Assembly (NCBI GenBank): GCA_023416745.1
Contig: JAEZHF010000020.1
Location: 1,606-65,605, forward strand
DNA: 64,000 nt
Direction: 5' to 3'
Source of the DNA: Bacillota bacterium
Lineage (GTDB): Bacteria > Bacillota > Clostridia > Christensenellales > SZUA-584
Below the pieces are notes generated by a model. The model was not told the origin of the DNA. It worked only from the letters and a program-made list of their open reading frames with translations, and did not search any database. A program made the position numbers and the translations under genes. The stretch's first letter is position 1; each line of letters starts with the position of its first letter. Below, in pieces: positions 37,578-47,380 of the stretch.

Positions 37578-38295
37578 TTCAAATCATAAGAAGGGGGACG
37601 GCTTGGACAGATCAGACCGGAGAAAAGTAAAACGGACACTGCTCGTGCTGGGCGCTCTGGTCATCCTGGCCGTAGCGGTGATTGCGATACTCAATGCTGT
37701 GGTTGTGAGCGCCGCAGCAGCGTACATCCACGGAATCGACGAAGCCAGCGATATTGACCCAGCGGATTGTGTGCTGGTGCCGGGCGCTCTCGTATATAGC
37801 AGTGACCGGCTGTCCGCCGTCCTGCAGGACCGGGTGGATTACGCCATACGGCTGTATGAGGACGGCAAAGCGAACCGGCTGCTGTTCTCCGGAGACCACG
37901 GGCAGACGGACTACGATGAGGTCAACGCGATGAAGGATTATGCTGTGGCGCAGGGCGTCTCCGAGGGCGACATCTTCCTGGACCATGCGGGCTTCTCCAC
38001 CTACGAAAGCCTGTACCGCGCGCGCGATGTGTTCGAGGTGAAAAGCGTCATCATCGTCTCGCAGCAATTCCACCTGTCCCGCGCCGTCTACGTCGCCCGG
38101 GAACTGGGGCTGGATGCCAGCGGCGTCAATTCCAATCCTCGCCGCTATGGCAACGAAACAAAAGACGCGCTCCGGGAAAGCCTGGCACGCGTCAAGGACT
38201 TCTTCTATGTAAATCTGTTTCATCCTCAGCCCAAGTATCTGGGAGAGGCTATCCCTATCACGGGGAGCGCCTCCGCTACGCACGACAAGAGCTAA
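37540..38295 (+). CDS. SanA/YdcF (DUF218) family protein
   Basis: N-terminal TM; 'CVLVPGALVY', 'RLLFSGDHGQTDYDEVNAMKDY', 'IFLDHAGFSTYES'. Alternative start at 37567 (MRNNS). Confidence 0.8.
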   Translation: MAFIYREFRMRNNSNHKKGDGLDRSDRRKVKRTLLVLGALVILAVAVIAILNAVVVSAAAAYIHGIDEASDIDPADCVLVPGALVYSSDRLSAVLQDRVDYAIRLYEDGKANRLLFSGDHGQTDYDEVNAMKDYAVAQGVSEGDIFLDHAGFSTYESLYRARDVFEVKSVIIVSQQFHLSRAVYVARELGLDASGVNSNPRRYGNETKDALRESLARVKDFFYVNLFHPQPKYLGEAIPITGSASATHDKS

Positions 38296-38299
38296 TCTT

Positions 38300-38827
38300 T
38301 TAATCCTTCATTAGATAGCGGCGTATGTTATTGAAATAGTAGGCCGTCACCTTGGTGAATAAATAATCGAAGAGCACAAATGCGGCTTCCGCAACGAGCA
38401 GCAGTGCCCAAATAGGCAGAGCGTCCATCATCTCCTTGAGCGTCGCCTGCGCCAGCAAGTATATCAGCACTAATGCCACATTATAATACAGAAGCTTGAT
38501 GATGTACCTGACTATCTTATCTTTCACGCGCGTCTCAATATAGTATTTGCCAATGCCGTAATGGCCAAAGAAAATTACATATGGCAGCACATAGACGATA
38601 TGCGGCAACATGAACAGCATGCCCAGCGCCGATACTGTGATGTACATCAGAAAGGCGAGGCCGATCTCCTCCTCCAGTACCAGCCCCATGACGAATATGG
38701 AGCTTAAGAAAAACATCGCAAGACGCGTCGTCGGCAGTACGGCCGCCAGATACAAAAACAGCAACGACATGGCGGCAAACATGGCCGTCAGGCTGACGCG
38801 GTGGGCGGTGCGCTTGAATCTCGGCAT
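38300..38827 (-). CDS. polytopic membrane protein, function unknown
   Basis: 175 aa, about 5 hydrophobic helices, 24 nt downstream of the J-domain gene. Confidence 0.55.
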   Translation of the reverse strand: MPRFKRTAHRVSLTAMFAAMSLLFLYLAAVLPTTRLAMFFLSSIFVMGLVLEEEIGLAFLMYITVSALGMLFMLPHIVYVLPYVIFFGHYGIGKYYIETRVKDKIVRYIIKLLYYNVALVLIYLLAQATLKEMMDALPIWALLLVAEAAFVLFDYLFTKVTAYYFNNIRRYLMKD

Positions 38828-38851
38828 AGGTCTTCCTTCCTTTCTTCCAGC

Positions 38852-39481
38852 TTAGCAGCAGGGGATGCAGTCTCCGCCGGCGCATTCGCAGCAGCAATCC
38901 GCACACAGCAGTCCGCTACAGATTCCGCACACGTTGGGCCCGCCGCCCTGCTGGTTGCCGTAATACGTCTGGCCGTAGCCGGAAGCGCTCCTGTTCAGCG
39001 TCTGGTAGGCGTTGGCGTATTCGGCGTTGGTCGGGTCCATGCTGTTGGCGGTGGCAAAGTGCTGGCGTGCGCCATCGTACCAGCCCTTTCTCAACAGCAC
39101 CGTACCTTTGAGGTAGTGCCACTCCGCGTTGCGGTTGGCGATGGCGTCCAGCATCGCATCGGCACGCGTTAAATCTCCCACCTGAACCGCACGGCGCACG
39201 TCCGCAAACTGCGCCGATCCGGTATACGTCGAACCGGATGACGAACCGCCGCCATAGGACTGATCACCGGAATAGCTTTGGCGGTAGCCGCCATTCTGTC
39301 GATTCTTCTGTATGACATCGTATGCCTCGTTGATCTCCTTAAGCCGCTCGCCCGCCAAATCCTCCAGATCGTGCCCTTTGTACCGGTCGGGATGATACTT
39401 CTTTGCCAGATTCCGGTACGCAGTTTTAATTTCGGCGTCCGTAGCGGACGGATTGACCCCCAACACCTTATACGGATCCAT
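38852..39481 (-). CDS. J-domain protein with Gly/Ser/Tyr-rich linker, TPR-like segment and 10-Cys C-terminal tail
   Basis: 'DPYKVLGVNPSATDAEIKTAYRNLAKKYHPDR' with HPD. 'AEWHYLKGTVLLRKGWYDGARQHFATANSMDPTNAEY'. Tail 'CGICSGLLCADCCCECAGGDCIPCC'. Confidence 0.85.
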   Translation of the reverse strand: MDPYKVLGVNPSATDAEIKTAYRNLAKKYHPDRYKGHDLEDLAGERLKEINEAYDVIQKNRQNGGYRQSYSGDQSYGGGSSSGSTYTGSAQFADVRRAVQVGDLTRADAMLDAIANRNAEWHYLKGTVLLRKGWYDGARQHFATANSMDPTNAEYANAYQTLNRSASGYGQTYYGNQQGGGPNVCGICSGLLCADCCCECAGGDCIPCC

Positions 39482-40334
39482 TCTTTTCCCCTTTCAAGAC
39501 ATCCTCCGTTTTTTTCGCCAGCCCCAGATAAATGATGTTGTCCAGCAGTGGCTTATCTCTTTTGATATCAAGCAGCTCATACGCCTTGCACGCCTCGGCC
39601 AGCGAGATATGCAGGTTGAACTTCGCTTCCTCTTCTATCGCCTTTCGAACGTCAGCGGGCTGCCCCGGCGACCGCAGCAGATACACGTTATAGCTACCGG
39701 TTTTATGGTCCTTCTCAATATCGTTCACCGCATCCGCGATGTATATCCATCGCCCCAGATGATAGCCGAAGTGCGCCATCGCCTGTTTCGCGCCTTTGTT
39801 GATGAACTCATACGGCGCGGATGCAAACACTGCGGCGAGCAGCCGCCCGAACTCGGCGGCAACGGCATCCACCTCACAGCACTTCACCTTCTCCAGCTCT
39901 CGCAGCGCATTCAGCCGCGCTTCAAACTCTGCTGCCAGCTCCGGTGCGTCTTTTGCCGCCCGCCGCTTCACGCCGCTGTATAACAACGACAACGCGCCGC
40001 TAGATAAGCTGTGCTCGTCCGCTGCGTTGTCCGCCAGTTTGGCGCACCCCAGCAGCACGTTCACCGTGGCCGCATATTCAGCCTCGCGTGTGTGTACCAC
40101 CGTTTTTTTCTTCACAGGGCTCGCCGCACATCGCTCCTGCGCCACTGTCAGCTCTCCACCGCTCATCGACGACAACAGCATCGACAGCACAGCGCAGTCG
40201 TAGTTTAGCATAAAACGCGCCGTGTGTGTATATTTATCCCGAATCGCCTTGCACAAGCCGCAATAATATCCCTTGTAAGCTTCCAGCTCCTTCACCTTCA
40301 GCTCCGGCTTCAAAGGCTGAACATATCCGAACAT
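39468..40334 (-). CDS. DUF5685-like protein
   Basis: 'MFGYVQPLKPELKVKELEAYKGYYCGLCKAIRDKY' N-terminus as I recall for DUF5685. Start after GGGAGACGG; the track ORF reaches 40427. The 3' end overlaps the J-domain gene by 14 nt. Confidence 0.55.
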   Translation of the reverse strand: MFGYVQPLKPELKVKELEAYKGYYCGLCKAIRDKYTHTARFMLNYDCAVLSMLLSSMSGGELTVAQERCAASPVKKKTVVHTREAEYAATVNVLLGCAKLADNAADEHSLSSGALSLLYSGVKRRAAKDAPELAAEFEARLNALRELEKVKCCEVDAVAAEFGRLLAAVFASAPYEFINKGAKQAMAHFGYHLGRWIYIADAVNDIEKDHKTGSYNVYLLRSPGQPADVRKAIEEEAKFNLHISLAEACKAYELLDIKRDKPLLDNIIYLGLAKKTEDVLKGEKNGSV

Positions 40335-40516
40335 TCCGTCTCCCGACCGCCCCAAAACCCCGCGCCAGCCGCGTTTTTGGGCCGTTATTAATATTACCAT
40401 GGGGATTATAAATTCACAATCAGACATAGACTATTTTTCATTCTATGTTCATAATTAACCAAAAAAGGCTCACCGATGGCGAGCCCAGGTTGCTTCTTGT
40501 GATTGTCTGTCAGCGG

Positions 40517-41251
40517 CTATTCCAGCACGCGCTTAAGGAAAACTCTTGTGCGTTCCTGTGTGGGGTTACCGAATATAACCTCTGGCGGTCCCTGCTCTGC
40601 GATCACGCCCTCGTCCATGAACACCACACGGTCGGCTACGTCCCTCGCGAACGCCATCTCATGCGTCACCACCAGCATGGTCAGGCCGCTGTGCGCAAGG
40701 CCCTTCATGACCTTCAAGACCTCGCCCACCATCTCGGGATCGAGCGCGGACGTCGGCTCGTCAAACAGCAGCGCCTCGGGCTCCATCGACAGCGCACGCG
40801 CAATGGCCACACGCTGTTTTTGTCCGCCGGATATCTGGCTGGGTTTGGCATTGATAAACTGCGCCATGCCCACCTGCTCCAGATACTTCATGGCGATCTG
40901 CTTCGCCGTCTGCACATCTCTCTTAAGCACCTTTACCTGCCCGACCACGCAGTTGTTCAGTACCGTCAGGTTGTTAAACAGGTTGAACTGCTGAAACACC
41001 ATGCCCATCTTCGCGCGATATTCCGCGGTGGACATGTGATCCCCAAGTATGTTCAGCCCATGATAAAGCACCTCACCGCTAGTGGGTGTCTCCAACAGGT
41101 TAATGCAGCGCAGCAGCGTGGACTTGCCGGAACCGGATGCGCCGATGATGCACACCACCTCGCCCTTGCCCACGGAGAAATCAATATCCTTGAGCACCTC
41201 GACGGAGCCAAAGCTTTTCTTCAGATGTTTAATCTCGATTATCGTATCCAA
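40517..41251 (-). CDS. amino acid ABC transporter ATP-binding protein
   Basis: '[15 protein letters not shown]', '[15 protein letters not shown]', '[11 protein letters not shown]'. Confidence 0.93.
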   Translation of the reverse strand: MDTIIEIKHLKKSFGSVEVLKDIDFSVGKGEVVCIIGASGSGKSTLLRCINLLETPTSGEVLYHGLNILGDHMSTAEYRAKMGMVFQQFNLFNNLTVLNNCVVGQVKVLKRDVQTAKQIAMKYLEQVGMAQFINAKPSQISGGQKQRVAIARALSMEPEALLFDEPTSALDPEMVGEVLKVMKGLAHSGLTMLVVTHEMAFARDVADRVVFMDEGVIAEQGPPEVIFGNPTQERTRVFLKRVLE

Positions 41252-42024
41252 CGCTTCTTCTCCCCGTCGTCTGTGATTTTGATCTCGGCCTCCGGCACCG
41301 TCTGGGAGCCGTGTATCGTAAAGGTTCTGGAGCCGTCCATACGCCGCTCGATCACACGCAGTATGCGCGTCACCGAGAACGTCATGATGAGGTAAAACAC
41401 ACAGGTAATGAAGTACGTTTCAAACGGCTTGTAAGTGTTTGCATTGACCATGGATGTTTTGAAATACAGCTCCGTCACCGAGATCACCATGAGCACCGAC
41501 GTATCCTTGATATTGATGACAAACTCATTGCCCGTGGCCGGCATGATGTTGCGTATCGCCTGCGGCAGCACAACACTCATCATCGTCTGTCTGTGTGTCA
41601 TGCCGATGGAATGCGCCGCTTCAAACTGTCCCTTGTCCACAGACAGTATACCGCCGCGCACGATCTCCGCCATGTACGCGCCCGTGTTGATGGACACAAT
41701 CACGATACCTGCAATGGTTGTATCCGGTCTGATGCCCGTCGCCGCCGCAAAGCCATAGAACATAACCATCGCCTGCACGATCATCGGTGTGCCGCGGAAT
41801 ATCTCTATGTAGACCGTGAGAATGATATTGACAACCCTGAGCAGTAAACGTTTAACAGGAGAGCTCTTTGCGTCCAAAGGAATCGTCCGCACGACGCCAA
41901 TACCCAGCCCGATGACGAAACCGATAAGCGTACCGGTAATCGCAATCAGCAGCGTGGTACCAGCGCCCTGCAGGAACATTAATCCGTACTTTTCAATTAT
42001 CTTGGCAACTGTGTCAAAGAACAC
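41239..42024 (-). CDS. amino acid ABC transporter permease (HEQRo family)
   Basis: '[42 protein letters not shown]' EAA loop region. Confidence 0.9.
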   Translation of the reverse strand: MFFDTVAKIIEKYGLMFLQGAGTTLLIAITGTLIGFVIGLGIGVVRTIPLDAKSSPVKRLLLRVVNIILTVYIEIFRGTPMIVQAMVMFYGFAAATGIRPDTTIAGIVIVSINTGAYMAEIVRGGILSVDKGQFEAAHSIGMTHRQTMMSVVLPQAIRNIMPATGNEFVINIKDTSVLMVISVTELYFKTSMVNANTYKPFETYFITCVFYLIMTFSVTRILRVIERRMDGSRTFTIHGSQTVPEAEIKITDDGEKKRWIR

Positions 42025-42063
42025 AATAGAGCCCTCCAGTCAATGATTCACTATCGTTCGTAA

Positions 42064-42987
42064 TTACGCAGCAGGCTGGTTCGCAGTCGCCGCTTCCATC
42101 ATCGCTTTTCTTTCGTCTTCGGAAATGCCGGCCAGTGCCGCGTTAATGGCAGCCACGAGATCCCCGTTGCCCTTCTTGATGCCCACAGCGATGGAGGTGT
42201 CGCCTTCGGAAAGGTCGAAGCCCTGGCCATCAGCAAACTCGATGAACACATAGGTATCGGGATCAGCGGCCATGGCGGACTCGCCTTCCGGCTTCTCACT
42301 CACATAACCATCGATGATGCCGGACGAAAGCGCCACGCGCATCGCGGTGAAATCCTTCATCGCTTCTTGAAGGGAAACGCCTTCAATCTGGCTGATCTTG
42401 TCGTAGTGGTAGGTGCCCAACTGAGCGGTGATCTTCGCGCCAGAGAAGTCGGCCAGGCCGGTCGCAGCTTCAAAGGCTCCGCCCTTCTTAACCACCATGC
42501 CCAGCACGATGTCTTCACGGTAGTAGCTATCGGTGAAGTCGATGGATTCCTTGCGCTCGTCAGTGGGGGACATGCCCGCGATGATCGCGTGGATCACGCC
42601 GGACTCAAGAGCAGGGATAAGACCGTCCCAGGATGTGGGAACAACGATCAGCTCACGGCCTAGGCCTTCCGCAATTTTCTTCGCGATCTCAACGTCGTAG
42701 CCGCCCGCATACTGTCCGCCTTCCAGCGCCACACCGCCGTTGCTGTCGTCCGTCTGCGTCCAGTTGTACGGAGGATATGCGCACTCCATGCCCACGATGA
42801 ATGGTTCCGCAGCTGCTTCCTCATCGGTGGCGGCAGGCGTCTCTTCGTCGGCAGGGGCTGCCGGTTCCTCAGCAGCCTCGGTGGCCGCAGGCTCAGACGT
42901 CTGGGGCGCATTGTTGCTGCCGCAGCCCGTGAAAACAAAGCCCACGATCAGCACAACAATCAGCAGGAAAATACTCAGCTTTTTCAT
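42064..42987 (-). CDS. amino acid ABC transporter substrate-binding lipoprotein
   Basis: Lipobox 'VFTGC'; Ala/Glu/Pro linker; 'DVEIAKKIAEGLGRELIVVPTSWDGLIPALESGVIHAIIAGMS'. Confidence 0.88.
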   Translation of the reverse strand: MKKLSIFLLIVVLIVGFVFTGCGSNNAPQTSEPAATEAAEEPAAPADEETPAATDEEAAAEPFIVGMECAYPPYNWTQTDDSNGGVALEGGQYAGGYDVEIAKKIAEGLGRELIVVPTSWDGLIPALESGVIHAIIAGMSPTDERKESIDFTDSYYREDIVLGMVVKKGGAFEAATGLADFSGAKITAQLGTYHYDKISQIEGVSLQEAMKDFTAMRVALSSGIIDGYVSEKPEGESAMAADPDTYVFIEFADGQGFDLSEGDTSIAVGIKKGNGDLVAAINAALAGISEDERKAMMEAATANQPAA

Positions 42988-43191
42988 TTGATTTCCTCTC
43001 CTTTAGATACAAATAATTTATTTTGCTAAACTGATAGCATACTATTAATGAGATTGTATACTTTAAAATATCAAAAAATCAGGTGTTTAGCAAGAAGATA
43101 AATAGCATCACAGCACATTTATACGATTGGTAAATATCTCATGACGTGTCGTATTAAAGTCTGGACTCCGTCGTCCGGCATAAAATTCTGT

Positions 43192-43989
43192 TCAGTTTTC
43201 CGACAATTCGTCCGCTAATCCGGGACATACCACTGTGATATCGATTCTTTGCCCATATTCCCGCAGCCCACCGAACGGCTCGCCGAACCTGTCCTGAAGT
43301 GCAGCGCCGGCTTCCTGGACTATCAGCAGCCCTGCCGCGCAGTCAATAAAGGCTTCATTGCGCAGAACGGCCGCGTCCACACGACCGCAGGCCACACGGC
43401 ACATCTCCAGTGCGCAGGGAGCCCCTGAGCGAACGTGCCCCGCTTCGCAAATCAGCGACTGTATCGGTTTACCGCCTGTTCGCAGCGCGGCCTGACCGAG
43501 GAACACATCTGCACCGCATAGTTTTCTGCTGGGTGCGGGAGATATCCGCTTTCCGTTCAGATAAGCACCAAGGCCGTTCACTGCATGGAACAGCTCTACA
43601 TGCATGGGGTCGTAGACCACGGAGGCCCAAATCCGCATTTCGTCCAAGAAAGCGATGCCCAAGCATGCCTCAAAAAGGTCGCTTCCAATAACTGAGCTGC
43701 CGCCCGTACCGCATGCCGCGAAGCACGGCCCGCGGTATCCAGCGGTATCCCCCGTAAAATCAGCGAGCTCATAGCCGTCCCTGGCACGCTGCGCCAGCAT
43801 GGGTTTAGTCAGGCCATCTGTCCACAGCAGCACATCCCCGCCCCCGTCGCTGAACCAGCCAGTCATCAGCTTATCCAACAGCTCCAGATGCGTTTCCTGA
43901 ACTTCTCCCCGGCTGATGAGCCTATCCCCTGCCGCGAAAGCAGCGTTCTTCATGATATAACACACGGAAGCGGATTTTTGCGTTGACAT
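43192..43989 (-). CDS. inositol monophosphatase-fold protein with degenerate N-terminal metal motifs
   Basis: C-terminal 'SGAPCALEMCRVACGRVDAAVL..FIDCAAGLLIVQEAGA' is IMPase-like. The 'DPIDGT' position reads 'LLWTDGLT'. Start uncertain; the track ORF reaches 44073. Confidence 0.55.
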   Translation of the reverse strand: MSTQKSASVCYIMKNAAFAAGDRLISRGEVQETHLELLDKLMTGWFSDGGGDVLLWTDGLTKPMLAQRARDGYELADFTGDTAGYRGPCFAACGTGGSSVIGSDLFEACLGIAFLDEMRIWASVVYDPMHVELFHAVNGLGAYLNGKRISPAPSRKLCGADVFLGQAALRTGGKPIQSLICEAGHVRSGAPCALEMCRVACGRVDAAVLRNEAFIDCAAGLLIVQEAGAALQDRFGEPFGGLREYGQRIDITVVCPGLADELSEN

Positions 43990-44113
43990 TCTCTTGCTTT
44001 TTTCCTTTATTATATAGTCAGCTGTATATTCAGCGAAAATCGCCAGACATATTATAGCATAATTTGAATTCACTGTCCGTGAAAAAATATTATTATACAG
44101 GCTGGTATACTCA

Positions 44114-44142
44114 TTGACAAGCGCAGACTCATGTGCTAGATT
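44114..44142 (+). promoter_or_regulatory. candidate sigma-A promoter for rpmG-secE-nusG
   Basis: TTGACA-17 nt-TAGATT. Confidence 0.5.
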
Positions 44143-44215
44143 ACTACTAGTGCTCTAAAAAACAGGCTTTAAAGGCCTTTTTTAATTGTGCAGATACAAG
44201 ATTTGGAGGAAGGTC

Positions 44216-44365
44216 ATGCGTAACAAGATCACCCTGGCATGCACGGAGTGCAAGCAGAGAAATTACGACTCGATGAAAAACAAGAAAAATGATCCCGACA
44301 GGCTGGAAATGAGCAAATACTGCCGTTTCTGCAAAAAGCACACCACCCATAAGGAGACCAAGTAA
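44216..44365 (+). CDS. rpmG: 50S ribosomal protein L33 (absent from the ORF track; 49 aa)
   Basis: My own translation: [61 protein letters not shown]. Canonical position upstream of secE. Confidence 0.92.
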   Translation: MRNKITLACTECKQRNYDSMKNKKNDPDRLEMSKYCRFCKKHTTHKETK

Positions 44366-44410
44366 TCGCGTCTTTTGGGCACCTATAATGATTTTAGGAT
44401 GTGAGGGGCT

Positions 44411-44680
44411 ATGGCAAAAACGAAATTAATCGGTAACGACCGCAAAGAAAAGCTGGAACAGCAAAAAAAAGCGGCTAAAAAGGCGAACAAGAAAAAAAGG
44501 AAGAGCCCAGCCAGGTTTTTCAAGGATATTATTTCCGAGCTGAAGAAAGTCACGTGGCCGACAGCCAAGGATCTGTTCAAGTATTCCAGCGCGGTGCTGG
44601 GTTTCATACTGATCGTGGCTATCATTGTCGGACTGTTTGACTTTGGTATAACCAGCCTTTTCGACCTGGTTCTAAAATAA
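44411..44680 (+). CDS. secE: preprotein translocase subunit SecE
   Basis: Lys-rich N-terminus, 'ELKKVTWPT', single C-terminal TM. Lies between rpmG and nusG. Confidence 0.9.
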   Translation: MAKTKLIGNDRKEKLEQQKKAAKKANKKKRKSPARFFKDIISELKKVTWPTAKDLFKYSSAVLGFILIVAIIVGLFDFGITSLFDLVLK

Positions 44681-44701
44681 TAAGGAGACGCGCCAGCCTG
44701 T

Positions 44702-45343
44702 ATGGCAGCGCAACTTATGGTCACTATGTCTGAAGAAGAAAAAGCCGGCCTCGCGATAGACGATCCGGAGACAACTGAACAGCCAAAAAAGCCAGAGACG
44801 CAAGGTGTGTTTATCAAGCAGGAGAAGACGGATAAACCTTACTGGTATGTTATCCACACCTATTCCGGATACGAGAACAAGGTGAAGATGAATCTGGAAA
44901 AGGCTATCCAGAACCGGAGCTTTGAGGATGTCATTTTAGAAGTCAAGGTGCCGATGGAAGAGAGCATCGAGGTTAAGAACGGCAAGAAAAAGCATGTGAT
45001 GAAAAAGCGCTATCCGGGTTATGTCATGGTCAAGATGATACTTGACGACGAAACCTGGTACGTGGTGCGCAACACGCGCGGCGTCACCGGCTTTGTCGGT
45101 CCCGGTTCCAAGCCCATCCCCTTAACAGACAAGGAAGTACGCGCCATGGGCGTGGAAAACGTACCCATCAAGCTCGATGTGGAGGTGGGCGAAAACGTGA
45201 TGGTCACATCTGGCCCGCTCGAGAGCTTTGTCGGCGTCATCAAGGAAGTGCATCCGGAGAAGCAAAAAGTCAAGGTCGTCGTCTCGATGTTTGGGCGCGA
45301 CACACTGGTCGATCTCGATTTCGTCCAGATCAAACGTATATAA
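44702..45343 (+). CDS. nusG: transcription termination/antitermination factor NusG (with ~35-aa acidic N-terminal extension)
   Basis: 'WYVIHTYSGYENKV', 'PGYVMVKM', KOW 'GENVMVTSGPLESFVGVIKEV'. Confidence 0.93.
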   Translation: MAAQLMVTMSEEEKAGLAIDDPETTEQPKKPETQGVFIKQEKTDKPYWYVIHTYSGYENKVKMNLEKAIQNRSFEDVILEVKVPMEESIEVKNGKKKHVMKKRYPGYVMVKMILDDETWYVVRNTRGVTGFVGPGSKPIPLTDKEVRAMGVENVPIKLDVEVGENVMVTSGPLESFVGVIKEVHPEKQKVKVVVSMFGRDTLVDLDFVQIKRI

Positions 45344-45367
45344 AAGAAGCCAAAAAGCTTCTTTTCG
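45342..45367 (+). terminator. hairpin overlapping the nusG stop (weak terminator/attenuator)
   Basis: AAAAGAAGC-caaaaa-GCTTCTTTT. The T-tract is short. Confidence 0.35.
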
Positions 45368-45461
45368 CAAGTGGGAGGAACTGGCCTTTGCAAGCATCAC
45401 CTCTTCAAACGCCGCAAATCCGCTTGTACCACAAATATCAGCATCTTAAGGAGGTGTAACC

Positions 45462-45887
45462 ATGGCAAAGAAAATTACCGGTTACGTGAAGCTGCAGATC
45501 AATGCAGGCAAGGCGACGCCGGCCCCGCCGGTTGGTCCGGCTCTGGGTCAGCACGGCGTCAACATCATGGGCTTCTGCAAGGAGTTCAACGAAAAGACCG
45601 CCAAACAGGTGGGTTACGTGATCCCCGTCGTGATCACGGTGTATGCGGACAGATCGTTCACATTCATCATGAAGACGCCGCCGGCTCCCGTTCTCATCAA
45701 GAAAGCGATCAGTATCGAAAGTGGCAGCGGTGAACCGAACAAGAAAAAGGTCGGCAAGATCACCAAAGCTCAGCTTAAGGAGATAGCGGAAACAAAAATG
45801 CCTGACCTGAACGCCGCCAGCGTGGAAGCCGCGATGAGCATGATCGCCGGCACCGCCAGAAGCATGGGCGTAGAAGTCGTCGACTGA
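45462..45887 (+). CDS. rplK: 50S ribosomal protein L11
   Basis: '[34 protein letters not shown]'. Confidence 0.97.
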   Translation: MAKKITGYVKLQINAGKATPAPPVGPALGQHGVNIMGFCKEFNEKTAKQVGYVIPVVITVYADRSFTFIMKTPPAPVLIKKAISIESGSGEPNKKKVGKITKAQLKEIAETKMPDLNAASVEAAMSMIAGTARSMGVEVVD

Positions 45888-45940
45888 CGCGAATTAAGTG
45901 GGAGGCTTAAGAAAGCCGCACAACCACAAGGAGGAAGAGT

Positions 45941-46636
45941 ATGAAAAGAGGAAAGAAATACCGCGAAAGCGTAAAATCCTACGATAAGACTGTGCTTTAT
46001 GACCCGGCGGAGGCGCTGCAGCTCTCCATCGACACCGCGAAAGCCAACTTCGACGAAACCATCGAGGCATCCATCCGCCTGGGTGTTGACCCGCGCCATG
46101 CCGACCAGCAGGTCAGAGGCGCTCTGGTTCTCCCCCACGGCACCGGCAAAACGCAGCGTGTTTTGGTGTTTGCCAAGGGCGATAGCGCAAAGGAAGCCGA
46201 GGAAGCTGGCGCCGAATACGTGGGCGGCGACGAGTTCGTCGACAAGATCAAGAATGAAAACTGGTTTGAGTTTGATGTTTGCGTGGCCACACCTGACATG
46301 ATGGGTGTCGTCGGTAAGATCGGCCGCGTGCTGGGTCCCAAGGGCTTGATGCCCAACCCAAAATCCGGCACCGTTACCAAGGACGTCGCCAAGGCCATTG
46401 CCGAAATCAAAGCCGGTAAGGTGGAATACCGCGTGGACAAGACGGCCATCGTACACGTCATCATCGGCAAAAAGAGCTTCGGCAAAGAGAAGCTGGGCGA
46501 CAACCTTTCGGCACTTATGGAAGCGCTGATCAAGGCCAAGCCGTCCGCCGCGAAGGGCACTTACCTGAAGAGCGTTGTCGTTTCTTCCACGATGGGTCCC
46601 GGCGTCAAGATTAACCCCGTCAGATTTATCAGCTAA
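45941..46636 (+). CDS. rplA: 50S ribosomal protein L1
   Basis: '[24 protein letters not shown]', '[15 protein letters not shown]'. Confidence 0.97.
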   Translation: MKRGKKYRESVKSYDKTVLYDPAEALQLSIDTAKANFDETIEASIRLGVDPRHADQQVRGALVLPHGTGKTQRVLVFAKGDSAKEAEEAGAEYVGGDEFVDKIKNENWFEFDVCVATPDMMGVVGKIGRVLGPKGLMPNPKSGTVTKDVAKAIAEIKAGKVEYRVDKTAIVHVIIGKKSFGKEKLGDNLSALMEALIKAKPSAAKGTYLKSVVVSSTMGPGVKINPVRFIS

Positions 46637-46640
46637 ACGG

Positions 46641-46668
46641 TTGACAAAACTGCTTACCAACTGATAAT
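46641..46668 (+). promoter_or_regulatory. sigma-A promoter for rplJL
   Basis: TTGACA-16 nt-GATAAT, immediately after the rplA stop. Confidence 0.6.
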
Positions 46669-46840
46669 ATAGTCCGGTAACTGAATAATCATTGCCCTGC
46701 CTAAGACAACAGGCGCGCCATCGGCGCTTAAAATCCGCCTGTCGAGGAGAGCCCAACAAAGATATGAACCCTTTTTTGTGCGCTTTCCCGTGCAGAAAAG
46801 GGTTTTTGGTTTTCGGTAAGAGTTTTAACCGAAAAGGGAG
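46669..46840 (+). ncRNA. structured rplJ (L10) leader with attenuator terminator
   Basis: Nested helix ACAGGCG[GCGCC-atc-GGCGC]ttaaaatcCGCCTGT (46709-46742). Then a 9-bp hairpin AACCCTTTT...AAAAGGGTT (46767-46804) followed by TTTGGTTTT. Position and layout match the Firmicutes L10-leader autoregulatory element. Confidence 0.55.
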
Positions 46841-47380
46841 GTGAAAAATTTGGGAGAAAAAGCTATAGAGGTCAAAAAGCAAGTCGTCCTTGAAATCAAG
46901 GAGAAGATTGAGAAAGCTCAGGGAATCATCTTCTACGATTACAGAGGCCTTAACGTTGACGAAGTGACGCAGCTGAGAAATCAGTTCCGCGCCGCCGGCG
47001 TTGAATACCATGTCATCAAGAACTCGATGCTCAAACGCGCTGCCGATATGCTGGAGATCAAGGGTCTGGATCAGTATCTGAACGGCCCCACTGCTGTCGC
47101 GTTCGGCTTCAGCGATCCAGTCGCCCCTGCCAAGGTGCTCACGGAGTTCGTCAAGAAGCTGAAGAACAAAACGGAGATCAAGTCCGGCCTTTTGAACGGC
47201 AAGGTGATTACCGTCGCGGGCATCCAGAGTCTGGCGGATCTGCCGTCCAGAGAGCAGCTGCTGGCACAACTGGCCGGCACACTGAACGCCCCGATTACCG
47301 GGTTTGCAAGGTCGCTGTCCGGCATCATCTGCAAGCTGGGTTACGCGCTCAACGCAGTCAAAGAACAGAAAGAGGCTTAA
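46841..47380 (+). CDS. rplJ: 50S ribosomal protein L10
   Basis: GTG start after AAGGGAGG. 'FYDYRGLNVDEVTQLRNQFRAAGVEYHVIKNS'. Confidence 0.95.
   Translation: MKNLGEKAIEVKKQVVLEIKEKIEKAQGIIFYDYRGLNVDEVTQLRNQFRAAGVEYHVIKNSMLKRAADMLEIKGLDQYLNGPTAVAFGFSDPVAPAKVLTEFVKKLKNKTEIKSGLLNGKVITVAGIQSLADLPSREQLLAQLAGTLNAPITGFARSLSGIICKLGYALNAVKEQKEA

Noticed and set aside
44157-44190. A-run / AGGC-tttaaag-GCCT / T-run hairpin between the predicted rpmG promoter and the rpmG RBS.
   Set aside because: The stem has only ~4 G-C-containing pairs plus A-U pairs, which is too weak to call an attenuator or terminator with confidence.
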